Of a DNA stretch of 24,000 nt, positions 8,519-15,453 are shown piece by piece. A program made the position numbers and the translations under genes. This stretch comes from Granulibacter bethesdensis. GTDB taxonomy: Bacteria > Pseudomonadota > Alphaproteobacteria > Acetobacterales > Acetobacteraceae. The stretch is from assembly GCF_001889525.1 (NCBI RefSeq), contig NZ_CP018192.1, positions 1,227,493 to 1,251,492 on the forward strand, in the 5' to 3' direction. Under the pieces are notes generated by a model, which saw nothing but the letters and a program-made list of their open reading frames with translations, did not search any database and had not been told where the DNA came from. Every line of letters begins with the position of its first letter. Within the stretch, counting starts at the first letter, position 1.

Positions 8519-8605
8519 TGCCTGTTTGATAACCACTGCAAGCGTTGTTTGAAGGGTTGTGGGGGCGAGAGGTATCCTCCCCCATTGTGCCCTTCTTTAT
8601 TTTAT
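8519..8605 (+). ncRNA. Candidate small RNA (~85 nt) or attenuated leader. The 5' end is approximate and inferred from a sigma70-like promoter.
   Basis: TTATCA (8483-8488), 18 nt, TAAAAT (8507-8512) on the plus strand would place a transcription start near 8519. The transcript would end at the terminator 8551..8605. No credible ORF or RBS lies in between. I did not recognise any Rfam family by eye. Confidence 0.3.
8551..8605 (+). terminator. Orphan Rho-independent terminator-like hairpin plus U-tract, with no plus-strand gene upstream
   Basis: Outer stem GAAGGG (8551-8556) pairs with CCCTTC (8590-8595). Inner stem T8560-G8565 pairs with C8579-A8584, with an AGG/CCT tip around a TAT loop. TTTATTTTAT (8596-8605) follows immediately. 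On the minus strand the hairpin is followed by AAACAACG, so it is not a terminator in that direction. Confidence 0.55.
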
Positions 8606-8830
8606 CCTCTGCATTATCATCAGCACATGGCAGGAGAGGGAAAACCATCAGTGGCATTTGCTGTGTGGCATGTCATAGAGCAGCCGGAGAACGCTCCGGG
8701 AATATTAGAAAATTACTTAGATGCGCACCAACAAAGCCAAACCAAAAAATTGTCTCTAGCAAATCAATCATTTATCCAGCATCATGCCGGTTCAGTCCGG
8801 TATTCTAGACCTGACTGAAGGACGTCATCC

Positions 8831-9667
8831 GTGCGAATTGTATTTCTAGGCGATGTGGTGGGGCGTTCAGGGCGGGAAGCGGTGCTGCGTGCCCTGCCTG
8901 ATCTCCGCACCCGGTTGCAGACCGATTTGATCGTGGTGAATGGCGAAAATGCTTCCCACGGTTTTGGTCTGGCGCCGGACATGGCTCGTGATTTTCTCAA
9001 TGCCGGTGCAGACGCGATCACGCTCGGCAATCATGCATGGGACAGAAAGGAGCTGATTCCCTTCCTCAGTCAGGAAAAACGGGTTGTGCGCCCTCTGAAT
9101 TTTCCTCCCGGCACGCCGGGGCAAGGTGCCGTAGTGGTGGAGTTGTCAGGGGGACGGCGGGCGCTGATCATCAATGTGATGGGCCGGCTGTTCATGGACC
9201 CTCTGGATTGTCCATTTCGGCTGACGGCGCAGGAGTTGTCACGCTACAAGCTGGGGGGTGTCGCGGGGGGCGGCAGTATTCAGGCGGTCGTGATCGACGT
9301 GCATGGAGAAGCGACCAGCGAGAAAATGGCGTTCGGCCATAGTTTTGACGGGCAGGCGACGTTAATCGTCGGCACGCATACTCACGTTCCCACGGCCGAC
9401 CACCAGATTCTTCCGGGCGGCACGGCCTACCAGACCGATGCAGGCATGTGCGGTGATTATGACAGTGTGATCGGCATGGGAAAGGAAGCTGCGGCTACCC
9501 GGTTCTGGCGCAAGACACCCGGTGAGCGTCTGGCGCCGTCCGAAGGAGAGGCGACGGTGTGCGGTGTTTTCGTGGAGAGTGATGATTCGACCGGTCATGC
9601 GGTCAGGGTAGAACCCATCCGGATTGGGGGACGTCTTTCACAGATGATACCGACCCTCTCTGTATAG
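8831..9667 (+). CDS. ymdB: YmdB-like metallophosphoesterase (TIGR00282 family, 2',3'-cyclic-nucleotide phosphodiesterase type)
   Basis: GTG start preceded by GAAGGA. Motifs: MRIVFLGDVVGRSGR, VNGENASHGFG, LGNHAWD, DVHGEATSEK, GTHTHVPTAD, DAGMCGDYDSVIG. Confidence 0.88.
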   Translation: MRIVFLGDVVGRSGREAVLRALPDLRTRLQTDLIVVNGENASHGFGLAPDMARDFLNAGADAITLGNHAWDRKELIPFLSQEKRVVRPLNFPPGTPGQGAVVVELSGGRRALIINVMGRLFMDPLDCPFRLTAQELSRYKLGGVAGGGSIQAVVIDVHGEATSEKMAFGHSFDGQATLIVGTHTHVPTADHQILPGGTAYQTDAGMCGDYDSVIGMGKEAAATRFWRKTPGERLAPSEGEATVCGVFVESDDSTGHAVRVEPIRIGGRLSQMIPTLSV

Positions 9668-9775
9668 GCCTTTTATAACAGCAGGAACGGGTGGCGGTTT
9701 ACCGGGCAGGATAATCTGCTGTAGACCCGGCCCACGGCTTTTATGACACAGTGACAGAAATGCAGGATCGCGGCG

Positions 9776-10525
9776 ATGGCCGGCCATAGTCAGTTCAAAA
9801 ATATCATGCATCGCAAGGGCGCGCAGGATGCGCGCCGGGCGCGGGAGTTTGCCAAGGTCATCCGGGAAATCACGGTTTCAGCCCGTTCGGGCCTGCCTGA
9901 TCCGGCCTCCAATCCGCGCCTTCGTGCCGCGATCAGCTGGGCGCGGGAGGTTAACATGCCCAAGGATACGGTTGACCGCGCCATCAAGAAGGCGACCGGG
10001 GCCGGGCAGGGCGATGACTACGCGGAAGTGCGCTATGAAGGCTACGGCCCTGCCGGCGTGGCAGTGATTGTCGAGGCCCTGACCGATAACCGCAACCGCA
10101 CTGCGGCAGATGTCCGTTCGGCATTCAGCAAATATGGTGGTGCGCTGGGGGAAACGAACTCTGTCTCCTTTATGTTCAGCCGCGTTGGCGTCATCCGTTT
10201 CCCTGCCTCGGCAGGCAGCGCTGATGACATGCTGGAGGCCGCGATTGAGGCGGGGGCCGATAATGTGGAGAGCACGGGGGAAACGCATGAGATCACCACC
10301 TCCGTGGAGGATTTCTTTGCCGTGCGCGATGCGCTGGAAAGCTGCTTTGGGGCGCCGGAAGCTGCAAAGCTGGACTGGCGTCCCGGCACCACGGTGACGC
10401 TGGATCAGGACAAGGCCTCCAGCGTGCTGAAGCTGCTGGACGTGCTGGAAGACAATGATGATGTTCAGGCAGTCTATGCCAATTTCGACATTCCGGATGA
10501 GGTGATGCAGGCTTTGTCGGCCTGA
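9776..10525 (+). CDS. yebC: YebC/PmpR family DNA-binding transcriptional regulator
   Basis: 249 aa with hallmark N-terminus [21 protein letters not shown] and ...[24 protein letters not shown]. It sits immediately upstream of ruvC, as in many bacteria. Confidence 0.92.
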   Translation: MAGHSQFKNIMHRKGAQDARRAREFAKVIREITVSARSGLPDPASNPRLRAAISWAREVNMPKDTVDRAIKKATGAGQGDDYAEVRYEGYGPAGVAVIVEALTDNRNRTAADVRSAFSKYGGALGETNSVSFMFSRVGVIRFPASAGSADDMLEAAIEAGADNVESTGETHEITTSVEDFFAVRDALESCFGAPEAAKLDWRPGTTVTLDQDKASSVLKLLDVLEDNDDVQAVYANFDIPDEVMQALSA

Positions 10526-11061
10526 TGCTGTCAGCTTCTCCTCCTGCTCAGGCAACGGTCCGGATGCTCGGCATTGATCCGGGCCTGCGCTTTACCGGCT
10601 GGGGGGTGATCGAGGCGACCGGAAACCGTTTGCGCCATATCGCCGATGGCGTGATTGCAACGGACAGCACCGAGAGTGTTCCAGCCCGGCTGCGTGTTCT
10701 GCATGATACCTTGACCAGCCTGCTGGTTACGTATCATCCGGATGAGGCGGCGGTCGAGGAAACCTATGTCAACCGCAACGGCACGGCGACGCTGAAGCTG
10801 GGCTATGCGCGGGGTGTGGCGCTGTTGGCTCCGGCCCTGAGAAATGTGCCCGTTGCGGAATATGGTGCCAAGGCTGTGAAACTTGCCGTGGTCGGGACAG
10901 GGGGTGCCACCAAGGATCAGGTGCAGATGATGGTGCAGCGCCTGCTGCCCGGCGCCACGCTGAAACGGGCCGATGCGGCGGATGCGCTGGCGGTGGCAAT
11001 CTGCCATGCTCATCACCGGGCCAGCCGTTCCGCATGGGCGCGCGGTGCTGTGATGGCGTGA
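10525..11061 (+). CDS. ruvC: Holliday junction resolvase RuvC
   Basis: Motifs: MLGIDPGLRFTGWGVI, EETYVN, DAADALAVAICHAH. The start is ambiguous. ATG 10525 overlaps the yebC stop (TGATG). ATG 10564 (MLGIDPG...) would give the more usual short N-terminus. Confidence 0.88.
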   Translation: MLSASPPAQATVRMLGIDPGLRFTGWGVIEATGNRLRHIADGVIATDSTESVPARLRVLHDTLTSLLVTYHPDEAAVEETYVNRNGTATLKLGYARGVALLAPALRNVPVAEYGAKAVKLAVVGTGGATKDQVQMMVQRLLPGATLKRADAADALAVAICHAHHRASRSAWARGAVMA

Positions 11062-11083
11062 TGACGGGAAGGAAGCAGGACTT

Positions 11084-11698
11084 ATGATCGGTCGCCTCAC
11101 CGGGCTGGTGGACGGGCTAGAGGAGGACCGCTGCCTGATCGACGTCAATGGCGTGGGTTATGTGGTTCATGCATCCTCCCGCACGCTGGCGGCGCTGCCC
11201 CGTGCGCCGGAGGTGGCTCGGGTGCTGATCGAAACGCAGGTGCGGGAAGATGCGATCACCCTGTTCGGCTTTGTCGACACGGCAGAGCGGGACTGGTTCC
11301 GCCTGCTGACCACCGTGCAGGGGGTCGGGGCCAAAGTGGGGCTGAGCATCCTGTCAGCCTTGTCTGCAGGTGATCTGATTTCGGCGCTGATGGCTGGTAA
11401 TCAGCGTGCCTTGACCCGCGCCAATGGCGTGGGACCAAGACTGGCGGCACGGATTGTCTCGGAATTGAAAGACAAGGTGGGTGCTATGCCCTCCGGCCCG
11501 ATGACGATCGGCGGCATGGGGGCGGTCAGTGCTCCCGCAGGCGGTGTGGAGCAGGATACGTTATCGGCGCTGCTCAATCTCGGCTACCGCAGGCCGGAAG
11601 CACTGGCGGCAATCCGCCGGGTGCGGGATGCGTTGGGCGAGGAGGCAGGGCTTGATGCCATCCTTCGCCAGTGCCTGCGGGAGCTTGCACCTGGTTGA
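11084..11698 (+). CDS. ruvA: Holliday junction branch-migration complex subunit RuvA
   Basis: N-terminus MIGRLTGLVDGL...VNGVGYVV. Helix-hairpin-helix region LLTTVQGVGAKVGLSILS...ANGVGPRLAARIV. C-terminal domain ...LLNLGYRRPEA. Confidence 0.92.
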   Translation: MIGRLTGLVDGLEEDRCLIDVNGVGYVVHASSRTLAALPRAPEVARVLIETQVREDAITLFGFVDTAERDWFRLLTTVQGVGAKVGLSILSALSAGDLISALMAGNQRALTRANGVGPRLAARIVSELKDKVGAMPSGPMTIGGMGAVSAPAGGVEQDTLSALLNLGYRRPEALAAIRRVRDALGEEAGLDAILRQCLRELAPG

Positions 11699-11704
11699 AG
11701 GGAA

Positions 11705-12355
11705 TCAGCGATGCAGCAGCCCTGCATCGCGCCTTGCATGATCCCAGCCGACCTCTTCCAGTTCCGGTGTTTCACTCTCCTTCACCGGATAGCCGACACA
11801 CAGATAACCAATCAGCTGCCAATGGGCAGGGACATCCAGCAGGGCATTGATCGGCTCGGGGTCGAGAATGGACACCCAGCCGACGCCCACCCCTTCCGCC
11901 CTTGCCGCCAGCCAGAAGGTGTGAATGGCCATCACGGTGGAGTAGGCGAGGGTTTCCGGCATGGTCTTTCGCCCCAAACCATGCCCCTGTTCGGGATCAG
12001 GCTCGCAGAATACTGCGAGATGAACCGGCGCATCGTCCAGTCCAGCCAGCTTAAGCCGTGCGTAAAGCCGTGCGCGCGATTCCTTGCCATCGCTGTGCAG
12101 GGCTGACAGGGCATCGGCATTGCTGATTTCGAAATTGGCACGGATTGCGGCCCGGCGGGCTGCATCATCGACCAGTACAAAGCGCCATGGTTCGCTCAAC
12201 CCGACGGAAGGGGCAAGACATGCCTCGGCCAGCAGGCGAGGCAGAGTATCCGCTGGCAAGGGCTCGCGGCGGAAATGGCGCACATCGCGACGCCAGCGCA
12301 AAAGACGATGCAATTCCTGCCTGAAGGCGGAATCGAAAGAGACCTGATCGGTCAT
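11705..12355 (-). CDS. bluB: BluB-like nitroreductase-fold protein (5,6-dimethylbenzimidazole synthase family candidate)
   Basis: 216 aa. Motifs RWRRDVRHFRREP, APSVGLSEPWRFVLV and TFWLAARAEGVGVGWVSIL closely parallel the Sinorhizobium BluB motifs I recall (RRDVRDEF, APSVGFMQPWNFVLV, LWLAARAEGVGVGWVSIF). SD GGGAGG lies upstream of the ATG. The family assignment is solid. The specific DMB-synthase activity is not proven. Confidence 0.65.
   Translation of the reverse strand: MTDQVSFDSAFRQELHRLLRWRRDVRHFRREPLPADTLPRLLAEACLAPSVGLSEPWRFVLVDDAARRAAIRANFEISNADALSALHSDGKESRARLYARLKLAGLDDAPVHLAVFCEPDPEQGHGLGRKTMPETLAYSTVMAIHTFWLAARAEGVGVGWVSILDPEPINALLDVPAHWQLIGYLCVGYPVKESETPELEEVGWDHARRDAGLLHR
11708..11730. 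other. Perfect 9-bp GC-rich stem-loop at the ruvA / bluB-like convergent junction
   Basis: GCGATGCAG (11708-11716), loop CAGCC, CTGCATCGC (11722-11730). It starts 10 nt after the ruvA stop and lies inside the last 8 codons of the minus-strand gene. No clear U-tract on either strand. Confidence 0.4.
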
Positions 12356-12549
12356 CTATATGCCAACCTCCCTGAAAAGAGGATTTACCCCCTGTTCGTT
12401 CTTGTTTTTGCGCCGTATCCCTTTCCAGATTGCGGCAGAAGGATTCGTCCAGCACACTGTAGCGGCCATGGATCATCCATAAAACCGCATAACACTGATA
12501 ATTTTTTATTTTAACCACTTCGCTGATCAGCCGGGAAACGGTCTGCCTT

Positions 12550-13629
12550 ATGCCTGAACACGATCCTTATCAGGAGAACCGGACCGTCAGCAGTGTCCGG
12601 TTGGAGGATGATTCGGCGGAAGCCTCCCTGCGGCCGCAGACCCTGTCCGAATTTATCGGTCAGCGGGCCAGCCGGGAAAATCTCTCCATTTTCATTCAGG
12701 CCGCAAAAGCGCGTGGAGAAGCGATGGACCATGTCCTGCTGCATGGGCCGCCGGGACTGGGCAAGACCACGCTGGCGCAGATTGTCTCGCGGGAGCTGGG
12801 TGTTGGGTTTCGCGCTACCTCCGGGCCCGTGATCCAGCGGGCAGGGGATCTTGCGGCGATTCTGACCAATCTTCAGCCGAGAGACGTTCTGTTCATTGAT
12901 GAAATTCATCGCCTTCAGCCCGCGATCGAGGAAGTGCTCTATCCGGCCATGGAGGATTTTCAGCTCGATCTGATCATCGGTGAGGGACCGGCGGCGCGCT
13001 CGGTGCGGATTGATCTGGCGCCTTTTACGCTGGTGGCGGCGACGACGCGGGCCGGGCTGCTGGCAACACCGTTGCGTGATCGGTTCGGCATCCCGCTGCG
13101 CCTGATTTTCTATACGGCCTCCGAGCTGGAACTGATCGTGTCGCGAGGCGCAGAGAAGCTTGGTTTTGATCTAAGCCGGGAAGGAGCGGCGGAAATTGCC
13201 CGTCGCTCCCGCGGGACACCGCGTATTGCGGGACGATTGCTACGCCGGGTGCGGGATTTCGCGATGGTTCAGGGTGTTTCCCCTGTTGATCGCTCCACCG
13301 CCGATGCGGCCCTTCAGCGGCTGGAGGTGGATTCGCTGGGACTGGACGCGATGGATCGGCGCTATCTGCACCGGATCGCGGAGCATCATGCGGGTGGACC
13401 GGTGGGAGTCGAGACATTGGCGGCGGCTCTGGCCGAGGCGCGCGATACGCTGGAAGATGTCATCGAACCTTATCTGATCCAGGAAGGGCTGATTCTGCGC
13501 ACCAGCCGTGGGCGCATGCTGGGTGAAGCGGGCTGGCGGCATCTTGGGTTGGTGCCTCCCCCATCGGCAGCAGGCGGCCAGCCGGATATGCTGACCCTGT
13601 TGCATCGCGATGGCAGCCCAGATGAATAA
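12550..13629 (+). CDS. ruvB: Holliday junction DNA helicase RuvB (AAA+)
   Basis: Motifs: [12 protein letters not shown], Walker [12 protein letters not shown], Walker [28 protein letters not shown]. Confidence 0.93.
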   Translation: MPEHDPYQENRTVSSVRLEDDSAEASLRPQTLSEFIGQRASRENLSIFIQAAKARGEAMDHVLLHGPPGLGKTTLAQIVSRELGVGFRATSGPVIQRAGDLAAILTNLQPRDVLFIDEIHRLQPAIEEVLYPAMEDFQLDLIIGEGPAARSVRIDLAPFTLVAATTRAGLLATPLRDRFGIPLRLIFYTASELELIVSRGAEKLGFDLSREGAAEIARRSRGTPRIAGRLLRRVRDFAMVQGVSPVDRSTADAALQRLEVDSLGLDAMDRRYLHRIAEHHAGGPVGVETLAAALAEARDTLEDVIEPYLIQEGLILRTSRGRMLGEAGWRHLGLVPPPSAAGGQPDMLTLLHRDGSPDE

Positions 13630-13646
13630 GCCGTAGGAAAATATCC

Positions 13647-14102
13647 ATGATCATGGAAGGCCGCCATCACTATCCTGTCCGCATCTATTATGAGGACACG
13701 GATGCCGGTGGCATCGTCTATCACGCCAATTATCTCCGCTTTGCGGAACGGGCGCGGACCGAAATGCTGCGGGATTGCGGCGTGCCCCATGCGGAATTGA
13801 CGGACGATCACGGCCTGATGTTTGTGGTGCGCCGTGTGAGGATCGATTATCGCAGACCTGCGCTTCTCGACGATCTTCTGACGGTGGTAACGCGCGTCGA
13901 ATCGATGGGTGCGGCGTCGGCCGAGCTGGAGCAAAGGGTGGAAGGGCCAGAAGGTGAACTGCGGGCTTTGCTGCGTATCGGGTTGGCCTGCGTAAAAATT
14001 GATGACCAGAAACCGGCTCGCGTGCCGGATCGCTGGAAAGAGGCATTGGATGAATTGTCGAGATCGGGTACCAGCCCGGTTCCGACCTTGGGAGAGCGAT
14101 AG
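13647..14102 (+). CDS. ybgC: Tol-Pal-associated acyl-CoA thioesterase YbgC (4HBT hotdog fold)
   Basis: N-terminal region VRIYYEDTDAGGIVYHANYLRFAERAR. It sits immediately upstream of tolQ, and its stop overlaps the tolQ GTG by 1 nt. Confidence 0.88.
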   Translation: MIMEGRHHYPVRIYYEDTDAGGIVYHANYLRFAERARTEMLRDCGVPHAELTDDHGLMFVVRRVRIDYRRPALLDDLLTVVTRVESMGAASAELEQRVEGPEGELRALLRIGLACVKIDDQKPARVPDRWKEALDELSRSGTSPVPTLGER

Positions 14103-14827
14103 TGGACCGCGCTGTGGAAGCGACCAATCTGGCAGGTAACGCCGCCGCTGGCGGCGACCTGTCCCTGCTCGGCTTGTTCCTGCAAGCTGATGCCATTGTG
14201 AAGATCGTGATGCTGCTGCTTTTGTTTGCCAGCATCTGGGTCTGGGCCGTGGCAATCGACAAATATGTCAGCCTGCGTCGGGCCAATCGGGCCGCCGATG
14301 CGTTCGAGGATCGTTTCTGGTCTGGTGGCAGCCTGGACGAGCTTTATGAAACCGAAGGCGCCAAGCCGACCCATCCGATTGCCGCCGTGTTTGGTGCCGC
14401 CATGGGTGAATGGCGACGGACGGCACGGGTTGCCGGGACCGATCTCAGCCGCTCCGGTGTGCGGGAGCGCACCGATCGTGCCATGGGTGTGACCATCGGG
14501 CGGGAAATGGACCGGCTGGAACGCTGGATGGTGTTTCTGGCTTCCGTCGGCTCTACAGCGCCATTTATCGGTCTGTTCGGGACGGTGTGGGGCATCATGA
14601 ACTCCTTCTCCTCTATCGCCGCCATGCACAATACCAATCTTTCCGTGGTGGCGCCGGGCATTGCCGAAGCGCTGTTTGCAACCGCAATGGGGCTGGTTGC
14701 CGCTATTCCTGCTGTGCTGATCTACAACAAGCTGAGCACCGACATGGCGCGTTTCGCAGCGAGGCTGGAAGCGTTTGCGGCGGAATTCGGCGCGATCCTC
14801 TCCCGTCAATCCGAAGAGCGCCCGTGA
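14102..14827 (+). CDS. tolQ: Tol-Pal system protein TolQ (MotA/TolQ/ExbB proton channel)
   Basis: GTG start. Motifs: ADAIVKIVMLLLLFASIWVWAV, APFIGLFGTVWGIMNSF, VAPGIAEALFATAMGLVAAIPAVLIYN. Confidence 0.92.
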   Translation: MDRAVEATNLAGNAAAGGDLSLLGLFLQADAIVKIVMLLLLFASIWVWAVAIDKYVSLRRANRAADAFEDRFWSGGSLDELYETEGAKPTHPIAAVFGAAMGEWRRTARVAGTDLSRSGVRERTDRAMGVTIGREMDRLERWMVFLASVGSTAPFIGLFGTVWGIMNSFSSIAAMHNTNLSVVAPGIAEALFATAMGLVAAIPAVLIYNKLSTDMARFAARLEAFAAEFGAILSRQSEERP

Positions 14828-14881
14828 CCTGAGCAGGGCTTTGCTCAGCACTACGTCGAACGTCAGCAAGGAAGCTTTATC

Positions 14882-15373
14882 ATGGCGATGTCAGTAGGCG
14901 GCGGTAACGGACGCGGAAAAGGGCGTTACCGCCCCATGGCCGAAATCAACGTGACGCCGCTGGTTGACGTCATGCTGGTCCTGCTGATCGTGTTCATGGT
15001 GACAGCACCGATGCTGACTTCCGGCGTCAATGTCGATCTGCCCAAGACCAATGCCGCACCGGTCAATCAGGACAACACTCCGCTGACCGTGTCGATCAAG
15101 CCGGATGGCAGCGTCTATTTCCAGAACGATCAGGTGCAGCTTCCCGAACTGGTCGCCAAGCTGCAGGCCGTGGCGCAGGACAACAAGGATCGCCGCATTT
15201 TCGTGCGTGGCGACAAGGATGTGAATTACGGAACGGTGATGCAGGTGATGGGCACCATCACGCAGGGTGGTTTCACCAAGGTGGCGCTGCTGGCTGAACA
15301 GCCTGGCCCGGCAGTGGCTGGTTCAGACGCAAAAACTGCACCTGCTGCCTCTGCCAAAACCGGCAAGCGCTGA
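14882..15373 (+). CDS. tolR: Tol-Pal system protein TolR (ExbD/TolR family)
   Basis: MAEINVTPLVDVMLVLLIVFMVTAPML, then ...DKDVNYGTVMQVMGTI. It lies between tolQ and tolA. Confidence 0.9.
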   Translation: MAMSVGGGNGRGKGRYRPMAEINVTPLVDVMLVLLIVFMVTAPMLTSGVNVDLPKTNAAPVNQDNTPLTVSIKPDGSVYFQNDQVQLPELVAKLQAVAQDNKDRRIFVRGDKDVNYGTVMQVMGTITQGGFTKVALLAEQPGPAVAGSDAKTAPAASAKTGKR

Positions 15374-15453
15374 TTCTCTGAAGGTGATGGCAAACACACG
15401 ATGAGGGTGTTCCTGCGGGATATGGCCATGGCCGGAGCGGTGGGGAGGGTGCC

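Noticed and set aside
8602-8780. DnaA-box-like 9-mers (TTATCCTCT at 8602-8610, TTATCCAGC at 8772-8780) in an AT-rich region, considered as a possible replication origin
   Set aside because: Each has two mismatches to TTATCCACA, and there are only two of them. No dnaA, hemE or parAB context is present. The evidence is insufficient.
8785-8802. tRNA T-arm-like hairpin (TGCCGG-TTCAGT-CCGGTA), considered as a possible tRNA gene or att-site remnant at an island boundary
   Set aside because: The loop is 6 nt rather than the 7-nt TTCRANY loop. The only acceptor-like pairing (TCTAG/CTAGA) spans about 55 nt, too short for a tRNA. No D-arm or anticodon arm could be built.
8549-8818. 89-aa (and overlapping 87-aa, 8545..8808) plus-strand ORFs filling the large spacer
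   Set aside because: No Shine-Dalgarno precedes any in-frame start. The sequences have no recognisable motifs. The terminator-like hairpin at 8551-8605 lies inside them. The unusual openness of two frames is noted in the spacer finding, but they are not called as CDS.
8460-8830. 6S RNA (ssrS) upstream of the ymdB-like gene
   Set aside because: I only vaguely recall ssrS-ygfA-ymdB-type synteny in some alphaproteobacteria. There is no ygfA here. I could not find the long 5'/3' closing-stem complementarity required for 6S RNA.
12394-12410. Alphaproteobacterial LexA (SOS) box upstream of ruvB, or of ruvC/ruvA
   Set aside because: The expected pattern is GTTC-N7-GTTC. Only an abutting GTTCGTTC followed by TTGTTTT is present, so the spacing is wrong. 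No such motif occurs in 9668-9775 or 11062-11083 either.
12356-12549. Cobalamin riboswitch in the 194-nt leader of the bluB-like gene
   Set aside because: I reverse-complemented the leader and looked for the conserved core (GGGAA...GGTG.AA..CC, GCCACTG, and the B12 box AG.C.GGA..ACC.GCC). Only a loose AAAGGGATACGGCGCAAAAAC resemblance is present, and no GCCACTG. It is not callable by eye and needs Infernal (RF00174) to settle.
14829-14848. Perfect 7-bp stem-loop CTGAGCA-GGGCTT-TGCTCAG between tolQ and tolR
   Set aside because: No U-tract follows (CACTACG), and tolQ-tolR are expected to be co-transcribed. It is probably an intercistronic stability or processing element at most.
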